A stretch of 14,748 nt of DNA, from positions 1 through 14,748 of the forward strand of contig CAZTOS010000059.1 of NCBI GenBank assembly GCA_964615185.1, read 5' to 3'. The first letter of the stretch is position 1. The number at the start of each line of letters is the position of its first letter. The notes beneath the pieces were generated by a model. The model saw only the letters and a program-made list of their open reading frames with translations, was not told where the DNA came from and ran no database searches. This DNA is from an uncultured Thermococci archaeon (lineage in GTDB: Archaea > Methanobacteriota_B > Thermococci > Thermococcales > Thermococcaceae). Positions 7,574 through 14,748 of the stretch are shown here, in pieces. The position numbers and the translations under genes are program-made.

Positions 7574-7589
7574 CCGAAAACTTTATATA
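7574..7589 (+). promoter_or_regulatory. BRE-TATA promoter of the NhaC-family gene
   Basis: CCGAAAAC-TTTATATA, about 35 bp upstream of SD GGAGGTG (7624-7630). Confidence 0.7.
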
Positions 7590-7637
7590 CATACCGAATA
7601 ACGAATGTCTGCAAATTTAAGATGGAGGTGTTGATTG

Positions 7638-9233
7638 ATGGCAGACTTCGGTGTTTTATCTCTGCTACCACCTCTCGTAGCTATTATACTGGCTATATGG
7701 ACAAAAAGGGTTATACTGGCACTGTTTGCAGGTGTCTGGATTGGTGGAGTAATGGTTTCAGGATGGAACCCAGTGACAGGAACTGTCCAGACATTGGACT
7801 GGATAGTGGGAAATGCAATTGATGATTGGAACGCAAAAATTCTTCTGTTCGATTTCCTGATTGGTGCTGGTGTTGGCTTGATATATAAATCTGGAGGAGC
7901 AAATGCAATAGCAAGGGCTTTAACAAAGACAGTAAGAACAAGCAGAGCAGCGTCACTAATGGGATGGCTTTTGGGAGTTCTGGTGTTCTTTGATGACTAC
8001 ACAAACACAATTATCGTTGGTAACACCATGAGACCACTCACAGATAAAGCAAGGGTCTCAAGAGAAATGCTGGCATATATAGATGACTCAACTGCTGCCC
8101 CAGTGGCTGGTTTGGCTTTGGTTTCGACATGGATTGGTTATGAGGTTGGTCTGATTGGAGACTCATTCAAGGATTTGGGGATAAGCTTAGGACCTTACGC
8201 TGCATGGCTTTCAAGTGTCCCATACAGATTTTACTCAATCTTCGCAATTATTCTGGTGTTCCTTGTTGCTTACACTCACAGGCACTACGGGGCAATGCTT
8301 CACGCTGAGTATAGGGCAAGAACAACCGGAAAGGTTCTCAGAGATGGTGCAAAACCTCTGATGACAACTGAAATCGATCTCGGAATGCCAAAAGAAGGCG
8401 GAAATGTTCACACATTCATATGGCCAATACTAACACTCGTCTTTATAACACTTTATGGAATGTGGGTTACCGGAGGAGGCAGCAAAACATATGCCTCAGA
8501 TGGCCTAATGGGAGTGCTTTCAAACTCTGATCCTGCTTTAGCCCTTCTCTGGGGAAGCTTTGCAATGGTCGTTGTGGCATTCTTCCTGGTGCTCGGGTTC
8601 AAAATAATGACAGTAGAAGAAGCAGAGACCACAATAGTTCAAGGTATGAAGCAGATGATTATTGCAAACACGATATTGCTCTTAGCCTGGAGCATTAAGA
8701 GCGCAACTGATGCTGTTGGAACTGCTCCATATGTTGTTGATTTAGCACAAAGAGCCGGTATCAGTGCAGGAATTGTGCCATTAATAATCTTCTTAGTTGC
8801 AATGTTCATCTCATTTACAACTGGAACATCATGGGGAACCTTCTCAATAATGATGCCAATAGCAATTCCCCTTGCCTATCACTTAAGTGGACAAGCAGGT
8901 CCAGTGCTTTTCGCATCAATTGGTGCAGTTTTTGCCGGAGGTATATTTGGTGATCACTGTTCACCAATCAGCGATACAACAATCATGAGTTCGATGTTCT
9001 CTGGAAGTGATCACATTGACCACGTAACAACCCAAGTTCCCTATGCAGTAACAGCAGCCAGCGTTGGAATAATACTTTACCTGCTCTTTGCAGCTGGAAT
9101 AAGGTCATGGATAGTGCTCCTACCAATAGGGTTGGTCCTCCTTGTCGCGGCACACTGGTTCCTCAGCGAATGGTACGGCAAGAAATACGGCATTCCGCAC
9201 GGAAAGGTTCCAATTTATGTTGTTGAAGAGTGA
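7638..9233 (+). CDS. Na+/H+ antiporter NhaC-family (ion transporter superfamily) membrane protein; substrate uncertain
   Basis: Multiple hydrophobic helices. SLLPPLVAI, FFDDY, LAYIDDSTAAP, TGTSWGTF, GDHCSPISDTTIMSS and HIDHVTTQVPYA. ATG 7638 follows SD GGAGGTG. Confidence 0.9.
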   Translation: MADFGVLSLLPPLVAIILAIWTKRVILALFAGVWIGGVMVSGWNPVTGTVQTLDWIVGNAIDDWNAKILLFDFLIGAGVGLIYKSGGANAIARALTKTVRTSRAASLMGWLLGVLVFFDDYTNTIIVGNTMRPLTDKARVSREMLAYIDDSTAAPVAGLALVSTWIGYEVGLIGDSFKDLGISLGPYAAWLSSVPYRFYSIFAIILVFLVAYTHRHYGAMLHAEYRARTTGKVLRDGAKPLMTTEIDLGMPKEGGNVHTFIWPILTLVFITLYGMWVTGGGSKTYASDGLMGVLSNSDPALALLWGSFAMVVVAFFLVLGFKIMTVEEAETTIVQGMKQMIIANTILLLAWSIKSATDAVGTAPYVVDLAQRAGISAGIVPLIIFLVAMFISFTTGTSWGTFSIMMPIAIPLAYHLSGQAGPVLFASIGAVFAGGIFGDHCSPISDTTIMSSMFSGSDHIDHVTTQVPYAVTAASVGIILYLLFAAGIRSWIVLLPIGLVLLVAAHWFLSEWYGKKYGIPHGKVPIYVVEE

Positions 9234-9235
9234 TC

Positions 9236-9258
9236 CTCTCTCTTTCTTTTTGTATTTC
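9236..9258 (+). terminator. Putative T-rich archaeal terminator after the NhaC-family gene
   Basis: Pyrimidine/T-rich tract CTCTCTCTTTCTTTTTTGTATTT directly after the stop, followed by a TATA-like TTTTAAA before the next gene. Confidence 0.45.
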
Positions 9259-9305
9259 CATCAACTTTTAAAGGGAAGTCTCTAATTCTTTCTGGAGGTG
9301 AAGTA

Positions 9306-10211
9306 ATGCTAATCAGGGCTTTCATTCCAGCGCATATAACAGCATTCTTTGTGCCTAAATTTAATGAAAATCCTCTTTTGGCTGGCTCTCTTGGAGCGGG
9401 GATTAACCTGACAAAAGGCACCAATATTTTTGTGAGTGTTGAAAGTGGATTAGAGAGGCATATTCACGTAGCATTTAATGGGGAACCAATAAAGAGAGAG
9501 GAAGCAGTAATCAGTTACTCTGTCGCTGAAGAGATAATTCCCCAAGAATTTAAGGGGGAAGTAGAAATCTGGCAGTACTTTGACTTCCCAAATGGATATG
9601 GCTTCGGCAACAGTGCCGGCGGAGCTTTGGGGACAGCTTTAGCTTTAGGATACTATTTTAAGAATAAAACGTTCCTTCAAGTGGCACAAATAGCTCACAA
9701 GCACGAAGTCCTTAACAAAGGCGGTCTGGGAGACGTTATTGCACAGATTCACGGAGGAATTGAGATTAGGATAAAAGCTGGGGCTCCTGGGATTGGTGTT
9801 GTTGACAATATATTTTCCGAGGAATACAAAGTTCTTTCAGTACCCTTGGGGAGGTTATCCACAAAGGAAGTCCTTGACAGCGACATTATAACGGCAATAG
9901 AAAAAGAAGGGCAAAAAGCCTTAGAAAAGCTCCTTAAAAATCCATCTCCCAAAAATCTCATGCATCTCGCAAGGGACTTCGCCGAAAATACAGGACTTTT
10001 GCAAGGAGAACTGCTAGAGATTGCAAGGGAAATTGACAAACTAATAAAACTGCCCTCTTCTATGATCATGTTTGGAAAAAGCCTTTTTGCCCTTCTGAGG
10101 GAAGAAGAATTGCCCAAAGTTCAGGAAAAACTTAGAGATCTCTCTATAGACAACTACCACATCTGCGGAATTTACAATGAAAGACCAAAGGTTGGGAGAT
10201 GGATAGGCTAA
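9306..10211 (+). CDS. Pantoate kinase (GHMP family, archaeal CoA biosynthesis)
   Basis: N-terminus MLIRAFIPAHITAFF, GSLGAG, GHMP loop PNGYGFGNSAGGALG, and GGLGDV...GG.EIR..AGAPG. SD GGAGGTG. Confidence 0.9.
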   Translation: MLIRAFIPAHITAFFVPKFNENPLLAGSLGAGINLTKGTNIFVSVESGLERHIHVAFNGEPIKREEAVISYSVAEEIIPQEFKGEVEIWQYFDFPNGYGFGNSAGGALGTALALGYYFKNKTFLQVAQIAHKHEVLNKGGLGDVIAQIHGGIEIRIKAGAPGIGVVDNIFSEEYKVLSVPLGRLSTKEVLDSDIITAIEKEGQKALEKLLKNPSPKNLMHLARDFAENTGLLQGELLEIAREIDKLIKLPSSMIMFGKSLFALLREEELPKVQEKLRDLSIDNYHICGIYNERPKVGRWIG

Positions 10212-10252
10212 GCTTTTATCCATTAACTTCCTATTTTTATTGGTGGTGAGTT

Positions 10253-11938
10253 ATGCTGTACAAAGAGTTAGCCGAGTTATATAGGAGGCTGGAAAAAACA
10301 ACACTTAAGACTTTAAAAACAAGATTTGTCGCTGATTTTCTCAAGAAAGTTGAGGATGAGGAGCTTTTGGAAATTGTGCCTTATCTCATTCTGGGAAAGG
10401 TCTTTCCAGATTGGGATGAAAGGGAATTAGGGGTTGGTGAAAAGCTCCTTATTAGAGCAGTTGCAATGGCAACCGGTATTAATGCAGAATGGATAGAGAA
10501 CTCGGTAAAGGACACTGGTGATTTGGGTGAGAGTGTCGCATTAGCCCTCCAAAAAAGGAGACAGAAAAGCTTTTTTGGCCAGCCTTTGACAATAAAGAGG
10601 GTTTACAAAACTCTTGTAAAAGTTGCGGAAACCACTGGGGAAGGAAGCCAAGACAGGAAGCTTAAATATCTTGCAAACCTTTTCATGGATGCTGAACCGA
10701 GTGAGGGTAAGTATTTGGCAAGAACAATTCTCGGAACAATGAGAACAGGAGTTGCTGAGGGACTTCTGAGAGATGCGATAGCCGAAGCATTCAAAGTTAG
10801 GGTTGAGCTTGTTGAGAGAGCTTACATGTTAACAAGCGATTTTGGGTTTGTTACGAAAATAGCCAAGCTTGAAGGAAATGAAGGACTGTCAAAGGTCACA
10901 ATCCAGATCGGAAAGCCCATAAAGCCAATGCTCGCTCAAATGGCTGCTAATGTCAGAGAGGCCTTAATCGAGATGGGAGGGGAAGCAGAGTTTGAAATTA
11001 AATACGACGGTGCAAGAGTTCAAGTCCATAAAGACGGGGATAAAGTAATTATCTATTCCAGAAGACTGGAGAACGTTACAAAGTCCATTCCAGAGGTCGT
11101 TGAAAGGATAAGGAAGAGTATAAAACCAGGAAAAGCCATAGTTGAAGGAGAGCTTGTAGCAGTTGGAGAAGAGGGAAGGCCAAGGCCGTTCCAATATGTT
11201 TTGAGAAGATTTAGGAGAAAGTACAACATCCAAGAGATGATTGAGAAAATACCCTTAGAGCTTAATTTATTTGATATCCTCTACGTTGATGGGGAAAACT
11301 TAATTGATACTCCTTTCATCGAGCGTCGCAAGAAATTGGAGAGCATAGTTGAAGCTAATCAATGGATTAAAGTTGCGGAGAACTTGATAACCAAGAGCCC
11401 AGAAGAAGCTGAGGAATTTTATCACAAAGCCCTCGACATGGGGCATGAAGGTTTGATGGCTAAACGTTTAGATGCCGTTTACGAGCCAGGCAACAGAGGT
11501 AAAAAGTGGCTCAAAATCAAGCCAACAATGGAGAACCTTGATTTGGTAATCATTGGAGCAGAATGGGGAGAAGGAAGGAGGGCACATGTCCTAAGCTCCT
11601 TCCTGCTTGGTGCTTACGATCCCGGAACTGGGACTTTTGTCCCAGTTGGAAAAGTTGGCAGTGGATTTACAGATGAAGACCTAATTGAGTTCACAAAAAT
11701 GCTTAAGCCTCTCATAAAGAAAGAGAAAGGAAAATTCGTAGAAATAGAGCCCAAGGTAGTAATTGAAGTTACATACCAAGAGATTCAAAAGAGTCCAAAA
11801 TATGAGAGCGGCTTTGCACTGAGATTCCCAAGATACGTGGCTTTAAGAGATGATAAAAGTCCAGAAGATGCTGACACTTTGGAAAGAATTGCACAGCTGT
11901 ATGAGTTGCAAGAGAGAATGAAAGCTGGAAAGCGCTAA
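10253..11938 (+). CDS. lig: ATP-dependent DNA ligase
   Basis: Motif [33 protein letters not shown] and LRFPRY, plus the QKSFF PCNA-binding motif known from Pyrococcus ligase. Confidence 0.98.
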   Translation: MLYKELAELYRRLEKTTLKTLKTRFVADFLKKVEDEELLEIVPYLILGKVFPDWDERELGVGEKLLIRAVAMATGINAEWIENSVKDTGDLGESVALALQKRRQKSFFGQPLTIKRVYKTLVKVAETTGEGSQDRKLKYLANLFMDAEPSEGKYLARTILGTMRTGVAEGLLRDAIAEAFKVRVELVERAYMLTSDFGFVTKIAKLEGNEGLSKVTIQIGKPIKPMLAQMAANVREALIEMGGEAEFEIKYDGARVQVHKDGDKVIIYSRRLENVTKSIPEVVERIRKSIKPGKAIVEGELVAVGEEGRPRPFQYVLRRFRRKYNIQEMIEKIPLELNLFDILYVDGENLIDTPFIERRKKLESIVEANQWIKVAENLITKSPEEAEEFYHKALDMGHEGLMAKRLDAVYEPGNRGKKWLKIKPTMENLDLVIIGAEWGEGRRAHVLSSFLLGAYDPGTGTFVPVGKVGSGFTDEDLIEFTKMLKPLIKKEKGKFVEIEPKVVIEVTYQEIQKSPKYESGFALRFPRYVALRDDKSPEDADTLERIAQLYELQERMKAGKR

Positions 11939-12005
11939 GTTTTTAAACGCTTTTCTGTTTACCTCTTTTTAAAAGTTTTTCCAGTTTAACATTTTGGTGA
12001 TGAAA

Positions 12006-12551
12006 ATGAAGGAGGAGCTAATCAGCATGATATTTGAAGAAGGATGCATAAAGTTTGGGCACTTTATTTTGACCTCTGGAAAAGAGAGCAACTATTACAT
12101 CGATATTAAGAAACTCATAACCAATCCCAAAGCCCTAAAACTGATTGCAGAACTCATGAAAAGCGAAGCTGAAAAGAGAAGGATTGAGTTTGACAAGGTC
12201 GCTGGCCCTGAGCTTGGAGCTGTTCCAATTGCAACAGCTTTAGCCTTAGAGACTGAAAAACCACTTTTAATCGTGAGAAAGAAGAAGAAAGAACATGGAA
12301 CTGGAAAACAAATTGAAGGAGATGTGAAAGCTGGAGATAAAGTACTTCTGGTTGAGGATGTAACAACAACGGGTGGAAGTGTTTTAAGAGCTGCAAAGAT
12401 TCTTGAAAAAGAAGGAGCAAAAGTCGTGGGAATTATGGTTGTGGTTGACAGGGAGGAAGGAGCCAAAGAAAACATTGAAAAAGAGGGCTACACACTGATT
12501 CCGCTTGTGAGAGTCAGGGAGCTGTTTGAATACAAAGAAAAACAAAATTAG
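12006..12551 (+). CDS. pyrE: Orotate phosphoribosyltransferase
   Basis: [29 protein letters not shown] and the PRPP-binding [13 protein letters not shown]. Start ATG 12006 (or 12000) after GGTGA. Confidence 0.96.
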   Translation: MKEELISMIFEEGCIKFGHFILTSGKESNYYIDIKKLITNPKALKLIAELMKSEAEKRRIEFDKVAGPELGAVPIATALALETEKPLLIVRKKKKEHGTGKQIEGDVKAGDKVLLVEDVTTTGGSVLRAAKILEKEGAKVVGIMVVVDREEGAKENIEKEGYTLIPLVRVRELFEYKEKQN

Positions 12552-12561
12552 CTTGGAACTA

Positions 12562-12777
12562 TTAAGTTTCAATGTAATCATTAAGTGTTTTAGCTTTAAC
12601 CATGATTGCAGCCTTTTCTTGTCCATAGAAAACCTCAACCAAGCCATCAGATTCTAAGCTTTTAAGGGTCTGAAGAAGTCTTGGCATGGGAGTTTCCAAC
12701 TCTTCACTTAATTTTTGCAAGGTTACGGCTCTTTTCTTTACAACCAAAAGCTTATATATGTACTCCCTTCTGCGCAT
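12562..12777 (-). CDS. Small winged helix-turn-helix protein
   Basis: VTLQKLSEELETPMPRLLQTLKSLESDGLVEV fits a wHTH. ATG 12777 follows GGTG and has its own TATA upstream. Confidence 0.75.
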   Translation of the reverse strand: MRRREYIYKLLVVKKRAVTLQKLSEELETPMPRLLQTLKSLESDGLVEVFYGQEKAAIMVKAKTLNDYIET

Positions 12778-12825
12778 ACCAGAAACACCATTAATATTAT
12801 GCATTCCACTCTAATAAACATTGCT

Positions 12826-12867
12826 GGATAAAATTTGTCAATAGTACGAACGACAAAAATTTATAAA
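12826..12867. promoter_or_regulatory. Back-to-back divergent BRE-TATA promoters for the wHTH gene and the methyltransferase
   Basis: Minus strand GACAAA-TTTTATCC (12839-12826); plus strand CGACAAAAA-TTTATAAA (12851-12867). Confidence 0.6.
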
Positions 12868-12888
12868 CTGCCCAATTGAGCCACATTT

Positions 12889-14142
12889 ATGAGAACAGAA
12901 ATCAAAAAGCTGAGTGAGGAAGGATTTGGAGTTGCGAAAGTCGGTAAAAATAAGATTTACGTTCCTTTTGCAGCTGTTGGGGATATTGTTGAGATTAAAA
13001 AATGGCATAGAGAAAAGAAAAAGCTTGTTGCACATGAATATGAGATAATAACGCCTTCTCCAATTAGAACCGAACCAAAATGTGCATACTTTGGGAGATG
13101 CGGAGGATGCATGCTCCAGCATCTTCCCTATGATGAACAGATAAGACTTAAGGCCGAAAAAATAGAGAAGCTCCTTGGATATACTGTAGATGTCATCCCC
13201 TCTCCAAAAATTTACGGACACAGGAACAGGATTGATGTTGTTATTTCTACCGGGGGGATAGGATTCAGGAGAAGGGGTACTTGGTGGGATATTGTTGACA
13301 TAGAGAAATGCGAGGTTTTTGGAGATAAGAGCAGGAGAGCACTTAAATCACTTAGGGAGTTCATGGAAGATTTCAAATTACAACCATGGGATCTAAGAAA
13401 GAGCGAAGGTTTCATGAGATACATTGTAATGAGGGAGGGTAAATTTACTGGAGAATTTATGATCAATTTGGTTACACATGAGGGTACTCTCCCAGAGGAA
13501 GTTCATGAATACTTTGATTTTGCAGATTCGATATATTGGAGTATTAACAGCTCAAAAAGTGATGTCTCCTACGGAGAACCAAGAAAATTCTGGAACAAAG
13601 AGTTCATAAAGGAAAGGCTTGAGGATGTTGTCTATTTGATTCATCCAAACAGCTTCTTTCAAACAAACTCTTATCAGGCTGTTACCCTTGTGAAAAAGGT
13701 AGCTGAGTTTGTGGAGGGTGGGAAAGTTCTTGATCTGTATTCAGGAGTTGGAACGTTTGGAATTTATCTTGCCAAAAAGGGCTTTGATGTTGAAGGAATT
13801 GAAATTAATCCTTTTGCTGTTGAAATGGCAAGGAAGAACGCTGAAATAAACAGCGTTAATGTCACATTTTATGTTGGAGAGGACAAAACCGTTGAAAACC
13901 TTAGAAAGTATGACACCCTTATAGTCGACCCACCAAGGGCTGGGCTTCATCCAAAGCTCATAAGAAGAATATTGCGAGACAAACCAGAGACCATTATCTA
14001 TGTCTCTTGCAATCCCAGAACACTCTCCAGAAATTTGGAGGATCTTAAAAGCATTTATAATGTTGAGGACATAGCTGGACTTGACATGTTTCCCCACACC
14101 CCCCATGTGGAAGTGGTGGCAAAATTAAAATTAAATGTTTGA
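12889..14142 (+). CDS. SAM-dependent RNA (uracil-C5)-methyltransferase of the RlmD/TrmA family, most like tRNA m5U54 methyltransferase (PAB0719 type)
   Basis: TRAM domain, CAYFGRCGGC Fe-S motif, SFFQTN, LDLYSGVGTFG, DPPRAG, catalytic YVSCNP and DMFPHTPHVE. Closely resembles recalled P. abyssi PAB0719. Confidence 0.9.
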   Translation: MRTEIKKLSEEGFGVAKVGKNKIYVPFAAVGDIVEIKKWHREKKKLVAHEYEIITPSPIRTEPKCAYFGRCGGCMLQHLPYDEQIRLKAEKIEKLLGYTVDVIPSPKIYGHRNRIDVVISTGGIGFRRRGTWWDIVDIEKCEVFGDKSRRALKSLREFMEDFKLQPWDLRKSEGFMRYIVMREGKFTGEFMINLVTHEGTLPEEVHEYFDFADSIYWSINSSKSDVSYGEPRKFWNKEFIKERLEDVVYLIHPNSFFQTNSYQAVTLVKKVAEFVEGGKVLDLYSGVGTFGIYLAKKGFDVEGIEINPFAVEMARKNAEINSVNVTFYVGEDKTVENLRKYDTLIVDPPRAGLHPKLIRRILRDKPETIIYVSCNPRTLSRNLEDLKSIYNVEDIAGLDMFPHTPHVEVVAKLKLNV

Positions 14143-14209
14143 TTTTAAAACCAAAAAGTTCAAAAACTTAATATATTAGATTTGCTAAATTAATATGAGG
14201 TGGACAAAG

Positions 14210-14635
14210 TTGATAGATGAAAGAGATAAGATCATAATAGACATGCTTACCAAAGATGCAAGAACACCATTTACCGAGATAGCCAAGGTTCTCGGCATCA
14301 GTGAGACCGCTGTGAGAAAGAGAGTCAAAGCCTTAGAAGAAGCGGGAGTTATTAAAGGATACACTGTCAAAGTTGATCCCGCTAAGCTCGGGTACAATCT
14401 CGTAAGCATAACTGGGGTGGACACAAGACCTGAAAAAATATTTGAGGTTGCTCATAAACTTAAGGAGTTTGAGTTTGTTAAAGAGCTTTATTTAACAAGT
14501 GGGGATCACATGATAATGGCCGAAATATGGGCCAAAGATGGAGAAGATTTAGCGGACATAATCTCAAATAAGATTGGAAAGATAGATGGTGTCACGAAGG
14601 TGTGTCCGGCGATCATTTTGGAGAAGCTGAAGTAA
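14210..14635 (+). CDS. lrpA: Lrp/AsnC-family transcriptional regulator LrpA
   Basis: (M)[44 protein letters not shown], then the RAM domain ...GDHMIMA...[15 protein letters not shown] start at 14210 after GAGGTG gives 141 aa. Confidence 0.93.
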   Translation: MIDERDKIIIDMLTKDARTPFTEIAKVLGISETAVRKRVKALEEAGVIKGYTVKVDPAKLGYNLVSITGVDTRPEKIFEVAHKLKEFEFVKELYLTSGDHMIMAEIWAKDGEDLADIISNKIGKIDGVTKVCPAIILEKLK

Positions 14636-14670
14636 AGCTTTTAAACGTTCCCTTCTCTATCTATTGTTGA

Positions 14671-14748
14671 GCGGTGGTAGTCTAGTCTGGTCCAGGACGC
14701 CGGCCTCCCAAGCCGGCGACCCGGGTTCAAATCCCGGCCACCGCACCA
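14671..14748 (+). tRNA. tRNA-Gly (anticodon CCC), intronless, with encoded CCA
   Basis: Acceptor stem GCGGTGG/CCACCGC followed by A-CCA. Anticodon stem CCGGC/GCCGG with loop CT-CCC-AA (anticodon 14707-14709). T arm CCGGG-TTCAAAT-CCCGG. TATA-like TTTTAAA about 30 bp upstream. Confidence 0.97.

Noticed and set aside
7559..7822. 87-aa + strand ORF overlapping the NhaC promoter and 5' end, and the other short antisense ORFs in the track
   Set aside because: They overlap well-supported genes or promoter elements and show no recognisable motifs.
12834..12857. Inverted repeat TTTGTC-N12-GACAAA as an operator
   Set aside because: More simply explained as the two BREs of back-to-back divergent promoters.
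14671..14748. tRNA-Gly as an att site of an integrated element, since the window ends exactly at CCA
   Set aside because: I saw no integrase and no duplicate tRNA fragment in the window, so it cannot be supported without downstream sequence.

Overview
Archaeal DNA, very likely Thermococcales (GGAGGTG/GGTGA Shine-Dalgarno sites, BRE-TATA promoters, Pyrococcus/Thermococcus-like proteins). Most of the window is core genome: tetraether lipid synthase (tes, a radical SAM enzyme) with a downstream DUF3213-like gene, a hypothetical gene plus family 4 uracil-DNA glycosylase, an NhaC-family transporter, pantoate kinase, ATP-dependent DNA ligase, pyrE, a small wHTH protein, a tRNA m5U54 methyltransferase, lrpA and tRNA-Gly(CCC). 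Three things stand out. (1) A 453-aa LAGLIDADG intein (4419-5777) is inserted inside the radical SAM CxxxCxxC motif of Tes, so membrane-spanning lipid synthesis should depend on a splicing step that may be redox- or Fe-S-sensitive; the host gene also has patchy GC content. (2) A frameshifted glycoside hydrolase remnant (about 134-395), absent from the ORF track, abuts the DUF2139 and PfkB kinase genes and suggests a decayed sugar-utilisation operon. (3) The first ~120 bp may be the distal part of a CRISPR leader (weak evidence). All family assignments come from motif recognition and recall; no searches were run.
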